DNA of 64,000 bases from a bacterium (GCA_021827715.1 JAKAUO010000019.1:3290-67289), one strand, 5' to 3'. Shown: positions 9,015 to 18,901, counted from the stretch's first letter. Program-made: numbers and translations. The notes: generated by a model not told the origin, from the letters alone.

Positions 9015-10469
9015 CTAGAAACCGTTTGGCCTCATGGTGTGCCATTGAGTCTGTTGTTCATATGCATACGCAGCTTGAAGTAGTAACCCTTCAGACAAAT
9101 CAGGGCCCATTAATTGAAACCCAATAGGCATACTTTCAGCTGTAAATCCTGCAGGAACTGAAAGTGCCGGTATGCCCGTTAAATTTGCAGATGCGTTAAA
9201 ATAATCTTGTAAATCCATTTTTAACCGGTCATTATCAAAAGCACCAAATTTAAAAGCACCGGATGGGGTCGTAGGCATTAATAAAAGATCTACTTCTTTA
9301 AAAGTCTGTAGGAATTGTTCACGCATCAAGGCTTGAACCGTTTTAGCACTTTGATAGTAGGCCTCTGCATGTCCACTGGATAATGCATAGTTACCAATTA
9401 AAATACGTCGTTTAACTTCTGCTCCAAATCCTTTGGAACGGTCATGTATGTAGACATCAGATAACGTTTGCGCTTGTGTATCACGGTAACCATACCGTAT
9501 CCCATCAAAACGTGCCAAGTTGGACGCTGCTTCAGCACGGCTAACCATAAAATATACAGCAGCACCATAATCCATAGCAGGCAAGCTTAAACGCTTAATC
9601 GTGGCACCAGATTTTTCATACACTGCCACTACGTCATCTAAAATCTTACGAACATCATCTTCTATGCCTTCTGCTTGAAAGGCATTGGTTACAATACCAA
9701 TTTTTAACCCTGCCGGAAGTTTTCCATTTAAATATTGTGTATAATCAATTTTTTTAACGCGCAAGCTGGTAGCATCACGTGCATCATGGCCCACAATCTC
9801 AGACAACACCAGAGCACTATCATAGACATTCCGGGTAAGCACTCCAATTTGATCCAATGATGAAGCATAGGCAATTAATCCATACCGCGAGACTAATCCA
9901 TACGTAGGTTTTACTCCCACTAAATTACAAAATGAAGCAGGTTGACGGACAGAACCACCCGTGTCACTTCCTAAGGACCAAGGCACTAAGCCTGCTGCAA
10001 CACATGCTGCCGATCCGCCGCTGGAACCACCAGGCACTCGTGAAACGTCCCATGGATTTGCCGTCTTAAAAAAAGCAGATGTCTCGGTAGAGCTTCCCAT
10101 AGCAAACTCGTCCATGTTTGCGCGCCCAATGAGCGGTGCACCTACTGCCTTGAGCCGCTCTATAACCGTTGCATCATAGGAGGCACGATACTGCTCAAGC
10201 ATCTTTGAAGCGCATGAGGTAATACGCCCCTGCTGACAAATATTATCTTTAATAAGTCCCGGGATACCACTTAATACACTCACCTGCGTAGCTTTTTCCA
10301 GACCCTTTTCAATAGATTCGACAGAAAATATTTCTAAAGCGCTTTTAACGCTGCCATCTTGGGTGGAAAAACGTTCTGAAAAAAAAGTAATAAGCTCAGA
10401 GACTGAAATTTTTTTCTGTTTAAGTGCTTCAGCTAACTCTGAAATAGAAGCAAATGCTAAATCTTTCAT
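9015..10469 (-). CDS. gatA: Glu-tRNA(Gln)/Asp-tRNA(Asn) amidotransferase subunit A
   Basis: Amidase signature GGSSGGSAACVAAG. Length and context (gatC immediately upstream) fit. Confidence 0.92.
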   Translation of the reverse strand: MKDLAFASISELAEALKQKKISVSELITFFSERFSTQDGSVKSALEIFSVESIEKGLEKATQVSVLSGIPGLIKDNICQQGRITSCASKMLEQYRASYDATVIERLKAVGAPLIGRANMDEFAMGSSTETSAFFKTANPWDVSRVPGGSSGGSAACVAAGLVPWSLGSDTGGSVRQPASFCNLVGVKPTYGLVSRYGLIAYASSLDQIGVLTRNVYDSALVLSEIVGHDARDATSLRVKKIDYTQYLNGKLPAGLKIGIVTNAFQAEGIEDDVRKILDDVVAVYEKSGATIKRLSLPAMDYGAAVYFMVSRAEAASNLARFDGIRYGYRDTQAQTLSDVYIHDRSKGFGAEVKRRILIGNYALSSGHAEAYYQSAKTVQALMREQFLQTFKEVDLLLMPTTPSGAFKFGAFDNDRLKMDLQDYFNASANLTGIPALSVPAGFTAESMPIGFQLMGPDLSEGLLLQAAYAYEQQTQWHTMRPNGF

Positions 10470-10488
10470 AAAAATGGAGTGCTCCTGG

Positions 10489-10791
10489 TTATGACTGCTT
10501 GATAATCACGGGTACAACAAAGTAATTATTTTCATGAACGCGCGCACTTTCTACAAGAGGTTGCGTGCATAAGAGCGCATGATCTTGACGAAAAACATTA
10601 ACCCAGGCTTCGCTTTCTTGAGCTGCGCCGGGCAGGCTGTCATGGTATTGCGCTGCTATACCTTTCAACCGAGAAGCGTATTCTAAAACCGCCTCTAAAC
10701 TTTGTCGCAAAGGCTCAACTTCGTCTGTTTCCAGTTTAATGCAGGAAAGCGTAGCTAATTTTAATAATTCTTCTTGCGTGATTAACGCCAT
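10489..10791 (-). CDS. gatC: amidotransferase subunit C
   Basis: About 100 aa, directly upstream of gatA. Begins MALITQEELLKLA and has a GatC-like FRQD motif. Start set at M6 of the ORF. Confidence 0.8.
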   Translation of the reverse strand: MALITQEELLKLATLSCIKLETDEVEPLRQSLEAVLEYASRLKGIAAQYHDSLPGAAQESEAWVNVFRQDHALLCTQPLVESARVHENNYFVVPVIIKQS

Positions 10792-12185
10792 GATAATTTC
10801 TTCCAATCTTCTGAACGGAACCGCATAAGATAAATAATACCCATGAGCCCGTTACCAATATAAAATGAACTATATACCAGAATAAACTTAATAAGCGTAT
10901 TTTCAAGAGGCAGCATCGATAAAAGGTATGAAACGGGCATGAAAAACGCAAGCAGCGAGATTAAACGCACCCACATTACCACCCGTACATTCGATGCACC
11001 GCGTAAAGCCGCCGCCAAAATAAGCTGCAAAATATCAAAAAATACCAGAACGCTAATAATAGGGAACGCCGTAGCAGCAAAATCAGTAAAAACCTGCTTA
11101 CTATCAAATAACCCGATAACCACCTGAGGCATAAGGGAAAAGAGACACAATATAGTAAGCACCATCACTGAACTTAAAAAAAGAACTTTTTTAATGGTAC
11201 TTTTAATACCTAACCAATTTTTACTTCCATAATCATTACTTACTAATAACGTCACCACCTGGGCAAAGGCAACTGCCGGAGCAAAGGCAAATTGTTCCAT
11301 GTCTTTTATTACATGAAAGGTTCCCATGGCAACTTTTCCTAAGGGGTTAATCAGGCTACACAACCACATTTTAGCAATGGCTAACGTGGCCTTATCAATC
11401 ATAACCGGAACACTCACTACAAAGATCTTGCCCATAAGGGTAATTACGTGCCTATTTAAAAAGGGCACCTCGTACAAGGTATGGTACCTGCTTATGAAGA
11501 GATATATAAGCCCGGAGATGCAAATTACCCCATATTGTATCACTGCTGCCCATGCCGAGCCCATAATACCTAATGGTGGAAAACCACATTTACCAAAAAT
11601 AAGAAGATAGTCGAGAATAACAAATAACGCCGCCCCGCCCAAAAAGAGATTCATGGGAACACGCGTATTTTTAACACCCCGCAAAAAACCAACGATTCCA
11701 TAACTTATAAACATACAAAAAATGCTTAAGCAGCGTACTTTTAAATAGGAAGTGCCGATAAGGACCAATCGGTCTGGCACCTGATACCATCTAAAAATAG
11801 CATGAGCACCAAAAAACAGCCCTAATGCAATAAGGCCGCCTACCATCATGGACACCCATAACGCGGCGCTCAAAGAATTACCCACATTTTTTTTATCATC
11901 CGCCCCATTATAATGGCCACACATAATAACGGCACCCACAGAAAGCCCTTCAGCTATTTTAGTAACCGTATGTAATAAGGTATAGGTCACGCCCAATGCG
12001 GTATATAAAGAGGTTGAATTAAGCTGCGCTATAAATTTCGCATCAAGAATATTGATCATTAAAACGAAAGCGGTAATCAGCTCAGGAAAAAAGAGTGCTA
12101 AAATAGTGGAATACGAATTACCGTTATCAGAATCTTTGATGCCAAAAAGATAACTTGAAAAAAGCGTTTGAGTTTGTTTTATCAT
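10782..12185 (-). CDS. MATE-family efflux transporter (about 12 TM)
   Basis: 467 aa and uniformly hydrophobic, with a MATE-like layout and size. Family call comes from topology and size only. Confidence 0.6.
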   Translation of the reverse strand: MIKQTQTLFSSYLFGIKDSDNGNSYSTILALFFPELITAFVLMINILDAKFIAQLNSTSLYTALGVTYTLLHTVTKIAEGLSVGAVIMCGHYNGADDKKNVGNSLSAALWVSMMVGGLIALGLFFGAHAIFRWYQVPDRLVLIGTSYLKVRCLSIFCMFISYGIVGFLRGVKNTRVPMNLFLGGAALFVILDYLLIFGKCGFPPLGIMGSAWAAVIQYGVICISGLIYLFISRYHTLYEVPFLNRHVITLMGKIFVVSVPVMIDKATLAIAKMWLCSLINPLGKVAMGTFHVIKDMEQFAFAPAVAFAQVVTLLVSNDYGSKNWLGIKSTIKKVLFLSSVMVLTILCLFSLMPQVVIGLFDSKQVFTDFAATAFPIISVLVFFDILQLILAAALRGASNVRVVMWVRLISLLAFFMPVSYLLSMLPLENTLIKFILVYSSFYIGNGLMGIIYLMRFRSEDWKKLSWR

Positions 12186-12221
12186 GAACTCTCCCTATGT
12201 GAAAAGATATGCTGCCTTATC

Positions 12222-12869
12222 TTAGCGCTGTGCAGAAAAAATGCAATAGTTACGTTGACGATCGCCCACCGCATAGGAATAACATTTTTTTAAGTAATAC
12301 TCCTGCTTGGCATTCGGTTGCCATTCATGGGATGCCCAATAGACAAAGACACTTTTTTCATATCTTCCCCCTTGTGCAAAAATACGCAACAATTCATCAG
12401 GCTGCAAAGAGGCGCGTGCGCAAAAAAGGTCTATAGGCTCGGTGCTTTTTCTTAAAAATGTCCGCCAATCAAGATCACAGGTTTTAATACCAGTAAGCCC
12501 CAAGGTTTCTATAACGTCATTAAGAAAAGCAACTTTTTTTTGAGTTACCTCAATAAGAGTTACGTTAAGATGGGGGTACATAATTTTTAAAGGTATCCCG
12601 GGAAACCCGCCACCGGTACCAACATCAGCGATACTATTAATGGCAGTTAGATCAATTTTTTTACCCAGTATGAGCGAATCTTCAAAATGGTACGCAAGTA
12701 CCGATTCAAGATCCGTGATTGCAGTGATATTAAAAAGCTCATTGGCCTTAATTAATAAAGAATAATAGCACTGAAATTGCTCAAACTGCTTGCCTGTAAG
12801 ATTATTTTTTTTGGCAAATTGTTTCCAGGGGATCTCGGCTACCGATAGAATCTGTGATTTTCCTGTCAT
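12222..12869 (-). CDS. rsmG: 16S rRNA (guanine527-N7)-methyltransferase RsmG/GidB
   Basis: SAM motif DVGTGGGFPGIPLKI. 215 aa. Confidence 0.85.
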   Translation of the reverse strand: MTGKSQILSVAEIPWKQFAKKNNLTGKQFEQFQCYYSLLIKANELFNITAITDLESVLAYHFEDSLILGKKIDLTAINSIADVGTGGGFPGIPLKIMYPHLNVTLIEVTQKKVAFLNDVIETLGLTGIKTCDLDWRTFLRKSTEPIDLFCARASLQPDELLRIFAQGGRYEKSVFVYWASHEWQPNAKQEYYLKKCYSYAVGDRQRNYCIFSAQR

Positions 12870-12875
12870 ACTTTT

Positions 12876-13295
12876 TCATATCCCTATTAAATATGCCCCA
12901 ATAACCATACAAACAGCCCCAACAATATGCCAGATATTAAACTTTGATTGTAAAATAATAATCGATAGTACTGCGACATACACGACGCTGAGACGGTCAA
13001 TTGCTACTACATAATTGAGTGGTCCATGCTTGAGAGCAAGAAAATATGATAAATATCCAAGTCCTGCAAAAAAACCGGTGAATACGAGCGCAATAACGTC
13101 TGTCATAAGCACGTTTTTCAAACTCAGTCCCTCGAACTTTTTTGATGCAAAACAGGCTATAATAAACAGCGTTGTCATAATCATACAAAATAAAGAAGTC
13201 ATCAATAAAGCATCATGCTCTTTTAATTTAGCATTAATAATAATAGCCATCAATGCGGAACTTAAGCCTGAAATAATCGCATATATATACCACAT
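12876..13295 (-). CDS. small EamA-like (DMT superfamily) membrane protein
   Basis: 139 aa with 4-5 TM helices and a single EamA-type half-transporter layout. Confidence 0.5.
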   Translation of the reverse strand: MWYIYAIISGLSSALMAIIINAKLKEHDALLMTSLFCMIMTTLFIIACFASKKFEGLSLKNVLMTDVIALVFTGFFAGLGYLSYFLALKHGPLNYVVAIDRLSVVYVAVLSIIILQSKFNIWHIVGAVCMVIGAYLIGI

Positions 13296-13445
13296 AAGAT
13301 TTCCTTAAGTATAAAGAGTTATGTTGCTGCTGATAAAACAGTATACCAAGCACCTTCCATCAGAGCAACCGCATCTGGGAATGATTCATCTCTAGATCTT
13401 TACGTTTAACAACAGGTAAACTTATAATAAAAAGATGGGGAGTAC

Positions 13446-14177
13446 ATGGAAAAAAAACTTTTATTCGTAATGGCTCTTTTTGCTATGAGCCAAGCATTGC
13501 TGTCTGCACTTTCAGCGCCAACACCGCACATAATAAGCTTCTTTATGATCCCCTGTGCCTTAAATAAAGCATGCGCGCAAAAATTTCCCCAGGATAAATT
13601 GGAAGATATCATAGGCTCACATACAGAAATGGCCCAAGAAATTTTAAAAAAGCATCTTGCAAGCCCCCTCGTACAAGGTATCTATGTCAATTATTTAGGG
13701 TATATAACGTATACGGATTATAATGGGCAAATTATGCTCCCGAATAAAGAAAGCCAGAATGAATTAACGGTGGTTGTTACCAGTCAGATATATCCGGTGA
13801 TGTTACAAGACAATACTGTGCACCATTTTGAAATACCTCAAGAAGTGGATGCCCATTTTTATCAGTATAATCTCAAGCAGGATGACGGGCATAAAAAGTG
13901 GCACTGGACCATTAAAAAGATCGATCGTCCAGCACCATCAAAAATACCTGTTCATGCTTTAATTATTATGGCAAAACCAAAAGACTTAGAAATTACCCCG
14001 GGAACATTTCCTGCTCATGAAGCGCCAAATTTTATTCTGCCTGACATCTATGTGCACGCCGGCATTGACACACCATTCTGCGTTTTGAAATTTTTAAATA
14101 TTAATCGTTTTTTTGAACCGTTGGTAATAGAAAAACAATATAAAGAACAATCCTATATACAAGCGCCATTGCCATAA
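13446..14177 (+). CDS. hypothetical secreted protein (243 aa)
   Basis: ggggag RBS. Signal peptide MEKKLLFVMALFAMSQALLSALSA. No recognisable domain. Confidence 0.45.
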   Translation: MEKKLLFVMALFAMSQALLSALSAPTPHIISFFMIPCALNKACAQKFPQDKLEDIIGSHTEMAQEILKKHLASPLVQGIYVNYLGYITYTDYNGQIMLPNKESQNELTVVVTSQIYPVMLQDNTVHHFEIPQEVDAHFYQYNLKQDDGHKKWHWTIKKIDRPAPSKIPVHALIIMAKPKDLEITPGTFPAHEAPNFILPDIYVHAGIDTPFCVLKFLNINRFFEPLVIEKQYKEQSYIQAPLP

Positions 14178-14263
14178 AATGGGTATCATAGATAATTAAA
14201 TCTATTGCTGCTATACTTGGTTATAATAAAAACCTTTTCTACCCGTTAAAGGATTATTACGAT

Positions 14264-14887
14264 ATGAAACTGCACATTGCTTTTGATCTTACGGATCTTG
14301 ACCACGCCCTTTCTATAGCACAATCCATTCACCACCATGCTGATATTTTTGAAGTGGGCTCACTGCTGATTTACAAAAATGGCATGCAAGCTGTTTCACG
14401 ATTCAAGCAACAATTTCCCCATAAAACTATCTTGGCTGACCTAAAAATCGCCGATCGAGCAAAAGAGGCAACTATTTTATGCTCTGATTCTGGTGCAGAT
14501 TGGATAACGGTATTAGCGGGTGCCCGTTACAATAGTATCCATAGCGCATGCAATACTGCTCATGAACGCGGGAAAAAAATAATGCTCGATCTTATTGATG
14601 CAAGCTCACTCGGACAATCTGCTCTAGAAGCAAAAAGCTTTGGTGTCGATGCGCTGTTACTTTCAATCCCCAACCAAGATTCTTCACAACTTACCTTCTT
14701 AGAGACATGGGATATGGTTAAAGGCAACACCCCACTGCCTGTTTATATTTCAGGGAATATATCATTAGAGACACTAGCAACGATTATGGATTTAAACCCA
14801 GCAGCTATTGTTATTGGCAAAGAGATAACTTCAGCCGCTAACCCTGCTGCTGAAGCTGAAAAATTCTACACATTAATTCACCGTTAA
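14264..14887 (+). CDS. 3-hexulose-6-phosphate synthase / KGPDC-type OMP-decarboxylase-fold enzyme
   Basis: KLHIAFDLTDLDHAL...ADLKIADRAKEA and C-terminal IVIGKEIT, typical of the HPS/UlaD family. 207 aa. Confidence 0.7.
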   Translation: MKLHIAFDLTDLDHALSIAQSIHHHADIFEVGSLLIYKNGMQAVSRFKQQFPHKTILADLKIADRAKEATILCSDSGADWITVLAGARYNSIHSACNTAHERGKKIMLDLIDASSLGQSALEAKSFGVDALLLSIPNQDSSQLTFLETWDMVKGNTPLPVYISGNISLETLATIMDLNPAAIVIGKEITSAANPAAEAEKFYTLIHR

Positions 14888-16327
14888 AGACGGTATACTC
14901 ATATAACTTTTAATCACTGACCATATTGTGTCACTATTTTGCGCGCATGCTGCGTACATGAGTCCACTCATCTGATCAACCTGTTGCGGTGTATATTGGA
15001 TATTAAATGTATTAGTGAAACCAGCAGTTAAAGGATCCCATCCATTTTGATAGTTCTGATTGCTCACCAACGGAAAATAGATAATAGTAGGCGTTCCTGA
15101 TCCAGGATCACCAGGATGCACAGAGCAAACATTATTAAGTATTTTTGTATTGATATGAGGAAACGGTAAACCATTTGCTAACGCATAGGCCTGCATACAT
15201 TCTAATTGCGATGCTGTGTCCGTCTCCATGGTCAGGTCAACAACAATAATAATATCAATTTTTCGCAACGGATCTAATGCGGGCGGCAAAGGTAGGTTAC
15301 ATAACATGCCGCAATCCACAAAAGTTAACGACTCTTTTTCAGGTAAAACAGCATCAACTATTTTATAGTTCCAATTGGGTAACTGCGCTGGCAATGCACG
15401 CACGCTGGTAAGATCATTAAGAACAACATCAGTCTGTAAACTCTGTTGAATCATATCAAGAATTATCTGTTCATATCCAGAAGCATTACTTATAAGCGCA
15501 CCTATAACATCTTGAATATCTGCAGAGATAACTGATCCCCAAATACCTTGACATAAACTTAATGAAAGCGGCTCTGTAGCTAAAGTAACGCTCCCCTTAT
15601 TAAATGTTGAACCTAAGTATGAAACAGGAATAGCTGTTTTTAAAAATGGACATCTCACATCAAATGGGGTCCATTCTACCCAACGGTAACAGGTATCAGT
15701 CATAGAATCAAGTGGGGTAACACAATTGTAAATAGGTAACGGTAATGAACTATCAGCAGGCATAGGACAATACGTATCTATCCTAATCTGTGTAAGATCG
15801 TGCATTGCAGGATAGTCTAAAACTTTTTGGGCAATTAAACTGCCCCAAATATCATCAAGTGAAATGGATTGTCCATTTTCAAATTTCTTGAAAAGCTCCT
15901 TTATAATACTATCAACGTCAACGTTTCCCAATAAACCGGCATTTAAGCCAGGCTTAAGGAATGTTATATAATCTGAAAGAGCTTTATGCGATTGCAGCCA
16001 TCCGCTTATTGCCCAGGTTGAACCAGAAAGTCCACACAAATAACTGGTAAGATCTAAAAGTCCATCTTGGCTAAATGCCTGCAAAAAGCCCAAGCCACCG
16101 ATCATGGCCCGTAACCCACCACCCGATATACAAACGGCTATTTTGGGAACACGACCAATAGGATTGGTAATTTTTTTTTCCCATGCAGCCTGTGCATACT
16201 CAACACGCTTGGCGCTATATGCAATTTCTTCTGGACTCAGTGCAGTTACCGATGTAACGTATGAAAGCGAATTAAGGTGACCATTTATACAAAGACCTAT
16301 AGAAGGCAAAAAAAATTTTATATTCAT
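14873..16327 (-). CDS. cPLA2/lysophospholipase (PLA2_B)-family lipase with an N-terminal signal-like segment
   Basis: CISGGGLRAMIGG (oxyanion/Arg motif), LCGLSGSTWA (GxSGS nucleophile) and FVDCGMLCNLPLPP...KIDIIIVVD (Asp of the dyad). These match the eukaryotic cPLA2 blocks SGGGFRAM / GLSGSTW / DSGLTFNLPYP. Confidence 0.75.
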   Translation of the reverse strand: MNIKFFLPSIGLCINGHLNSLSYVTSVTALSPEEIAYSAKRVEYAQAAWEKKITNPIGRVPKIAVCISGGGLRAMIGGLGFLQAFSQDGLLDLTSYLCGLSGSTWAISGWLQSHKALSDYITFLKPGLNAGLLGNVDVDSIIKELFKKFENGQSISLDDIWGSLIAQKVLDYPAMHDLTQIRIDTYCPMPADSSLPLPIYNCVTPLDSMTDTCYRWVEWTPFDVRCPFLKTAIPVSYLGSTFNKGSVTLATEPLSLSLCQGIWGSVISADIQDVIGALISNASGYEQIILDMIQQSLQTDVVLNDLTSVRALPAQLPNWNYKIVDAVLPEKESLTFVDCGMLCNLPLPPALDPLRKIDIIIVVDLTMETDTASQLECMQAYALANGLPFPHINTKILNNVCSVHPGDPGSGTPTIIYFPLVSNQNYQNGWDPLTAGFTNTFNIQYTPQQVDQMSGLMYAACAQNSDTIWSVIKSYMSIPSLTVN

Positions 16328-16453
16328 GAGACCACCTACACTTTTAAAAAAAATAAAAAATAAAGATCTATGACCTCAACACAGTGTAGAATGCTGAATG
16401 TTCATAAATCAAGTTATTTGCCCTGAATACCCAGGGCGTATGCACCAAAAGAA

Positions 16454-18208
16454 TTATTTATTTTTTGCTTCTGCCTTTTTAAGATAGCTGTTATTAAACA
16501 TATGTTTAATTTCATCAACTGTAGTAGCCTGATCAGGGCTTTTATCAAACCGTTGTTCAATAGCACGAGGAAAGCGCAGCGCATATCCCTGTTCATGCTC
16601 AGTCTTGCCTGCTGTATGCAATGGTGACCTGGTTATTTCATCTGCGATGACCACCCATATCAGATGCGGCTCTACCCACACATCGGGATACAATTCTTTT
16701 GCACATACCACATTAAAAGGTTTATGATCGACTGTATAGTCATCACATAATTTTTTAATATCTTTAAACCCTTGGTCACTTAACCCCGTGCCTACTTTTG
16801 CAATCGTTTCATAGCGGTCATTTTTTTTATCATAAACACCCACTAAAAAAGCTCCTATGCCAAACGCTGCACGTCGTCCACGGCCAACGTAATACCCGAG
16901 TACCACTGCATCGATGGTGTCTATAAGCGTGCCCGATTCTTGCGTGCGTTTAAGCTTGATCCAGTTAAAATTTCTTTTACCAGGCTGATAGTGCGCATTC
17001 ATTTTTTTTACCACAAGTCCTTCAAGCCCTTCATGCATACATTCTAAAAAATAATCTTCAAGCTGTTCAGTGGTAGTAACCTCGCGCTCATCAATTAATG
17101 AAATAGTCTCATAATGATCAGCAGTAATAAAGCTCAGTGCCACTTTGCGACGAGCCTCATGCCCTTTGTTAAGCATTGATTCACCATTAAGATACAGAAG
17201 GTCAAAGACAAAAAGTTTTAAAGGGAACTCTTGCGCCATGGTTTCAATGCCATGTTTCCGTTTGCGTTTTACCGTCTGCTGAAAAGGTAAAAAAGCACCG
17301 GTTGATTCATCAAAAACAATGGCTTCACCTTCAAAGATAGCATCTTGTACTTTAAGCTGCTGAGCAGCCTGAGTAAGTTCAGGAAACATGCTTGTCATAT
17401 TAATTAAGTTTCTTGAATAGAACCACACCTGATTATTTTTAACATGTATTTGTAATCTAAAACCATCAAGCTTTGGTTGCGCGGCACAATGGCCAAGTTT
17501 TTCGATAATCTCTGCAGCAGTGGGCAACCGTTCAGCAAGTGAAGGTAAAATAGGAATTCCCACGGTAATATGAATATCAGAAAGGCCCTGTGCACCATTT
17601 TTTTTAAGCGTTGCTGCAATAAGTCCTAAATCTGCACATACATTATAGGCGTGCTCAATGTCTTTTCGTAAACTTTTGTTGCCAACTAACATCCAAGAAA
17701 ACGCATCGATCATGGTCATGTCAGAAAAACCGGTACGTAATTTACCCAAGATAATGCGTATAACAAAACCGCCTTCTGCAGGCGTCAGAATGCGCAGCAA
17801 CGCCTTCAGAAATTTTGCACGTTCTTCTTGCGAACCTTCACCAGAAATAGTTTGTAGTTCTATCAGCTGCTGAAAGACTTCTTTAAGACTCAAGTCTTCT
17901 TGCTGTGCTTTTGCAGAGAAACTTGCTAAAAAAGATCCAAGGTCACCCTTTTGCTTAACACCCACAGTAAACTCTTCAAGCGGAAGATCGACTATTTCTT
18001 GAATAACTTTTTTAATGGTTTTTTCAGCTATATTAAATTGATTGCCTAAATACGTTGGTCGCACTTGGCCGAGGGATAAATAGGTAATCATTTGTGCTTG
18101 CTCTGGCGTTGCCTTATGAAAAAGCGCCGCCAATAATTCCATTATCTGATTACGGGAAGTAAGCTCTTCTATTGCCTGTAATACGTTAACGACTTCTTGA
18201 AACTTCAT
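16454..18208 (-). CDS. ATP-dependent DNA ligase, Lig1/archaeal type with an N-terminal DNA-binding domain
   Basis: Motif I KLDGFR, III EGEAIVFD, IIIa LFVFDLLYLNG, IV EGLVVKK, V NWIKLK. 584 aa. Confidence 0.88.
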   Translation of the reverse strand: MKFQEVVNVLQAIEELTSRNQIMELLAALFHKATPEQAQMITYLSLGQVRPTYLGNQFNIAEKTIKKVIQEIVDLPLEEFTVGVKQKGDLGSFLASFSAKAQQEDLSLKEVFQQLIELQTISGEGSQEERAKFLKALLRILTPAEGGFVIRIILGKLRTGFSDMTMIDAFSWMLVGNKSLRKDIEHAYNVCADLGLIAATLKKNGAQGLSDIHITVGIPILPSLAERLPTAAEIIEKLGHCAAQPKLDGFRLQIHVKNNQVWFYSRNLINMTSMFPELTQAAQQLKVQDAIFEGEAIVFDESTGAFLPFQQTVKRKRKHGIETMAQEFPLKLFVFDLLYLNGESMLNKGHEARRKVALSFITADHYETISLIDEREVTTTEQLEDYFLECMHEGLEGLVVKKMNAHYQPGKRNFNWIKLKRTQESGTLIDTIDAVVLGYYVGRGRRAAFGIGAFLVGVYDKKNDRYETIAKVGTGLSDQGFKDIKKLCDDYTVDHKPFNVVCAKELYPDVWVEPHLIWVVIADEITRSPLHTAGKTEHEQGYALRFPRAIEQRFDKSPDQATTVDEIKHMFNNSYLKKAEAKNK

Positions 18209-18761
18209 TTACGCCCATCACTTTTTTAAAATACCAATAAGCAGAATAATAGGATACACCGAGTGTTACTGTAGATAAAGAAATAAAGCTCAGACAATCA
18301 AAAATTCTAAAATCATAATAGCTCATATACGGAGTAAAATATAAACAATCTTTTATTAATAACCACCCAAAAAAGATGATCTGGAGCGCTGTCTTTACTT
18401 TTGCAGAATAAATAACCGGCAAAAAGATATTTTTTTGCATTCCATACTCACGTAACCCCATCACGAAAAGCTCGCGTATTGCTAATGCAAGCGCCATCCA
18501 CCAGGTACATTGCCAGGTATACACGGTTGCAATCATCACAGAAAATAAAAATATCTTATCGGCAAATTGATCCAAAAATGCGCCTAAGGCGGTGGTTTTT
18601 TTGAGTCTTCTTGCTAAAAACCCATCAAAAAAATCGGTTGCCGCTAAAAGACAATAACACGAAAACGTAAGAAAAATTGGAGCATGCCAGGTAATAAGAG
18701 GCGCTAATAGAAGTGGGGATAGAAAAAGACGAAGACAGGTAAGGATAAGAGAGATATTCAT
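18186..18761 (-). CDS. pgsA: CDP-diacylglycerol--glycerol-3-phosphate 3-phosphatidyltransferase (CDP-alcohol phosphatidyltransferase family)
   Basis: DFFDGFLARRLKKTTALGAFLDQFADK matches Dx2DGx2ARx8Gx3Dx3D. Multi-TM. 23-nt overlap with the ligase gene. Confidence 0.8.
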   Translation of the reverse strand: MNISLILTCLRLFLSPLLLAPLITWHAPIFLTFSCYCLLAATDFFDGFLARRLKKTTALGAFLDQFADKIFLFSVMIATVYTWQCTWWMALALAIRELFVMGLREYGMQKNIFLPVIYSAKVKTALQIIFFGWLLIKDCLYFTPYMSYYDFRIFDCLSFISLSTVTLGVSYYSAYWYFKKVMGVNEVSRSR

Positions 18762-18773
18762 AAAGCTCCGAAG

Positions 18774-18824
18774 GGCCGTGTCAGGCGTAGTTTGCCGAGG
18801 CTAAAGCCCCGGATAAACGAAGCC
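18774..18824 (-). repeat. GC-rich structured trailer abutting the CCA end of tRNA-Met (family 1)
   Basis: About 51 nt, roughly four-fifths identical by eye to 20397-20447. The shared core is ttgccgagRctRaagccccggataaRcgaagcctggtg. Minus-strand RNA can fold CCGGGGC-UUUA-GCCUCGG. Confidence 0.6.
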
Positions 18825-18901
18825 TGGTGGCGGCGCAGGGACTCGAACCCCGGACCTACGGGTTATGATTCCGTCGCTCTAACCAGCTGAGCTACGCCGC
18901 C
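18825..18901 (-). tRNA. tRNA-Met (anticodon CAT, elongator-like), CCA encoded
   Basis: Reverse complement reads GGCGGCGTAGCTCAGCTGGTTAGAGC...ATCATAA...GGTTCGAGTCCCTGCGCCGCCACCA. Cloverleaf folded by eye. Confidence 0.85.

Noticed and set aside
16420-16437. Hairpin GCCCTG-6-CAGGGC downstream of the DNA ligase stop as a terminator
   Set aside because: No U-run follows it on the minus strand and the stem is short, so it is too weak to annotate.
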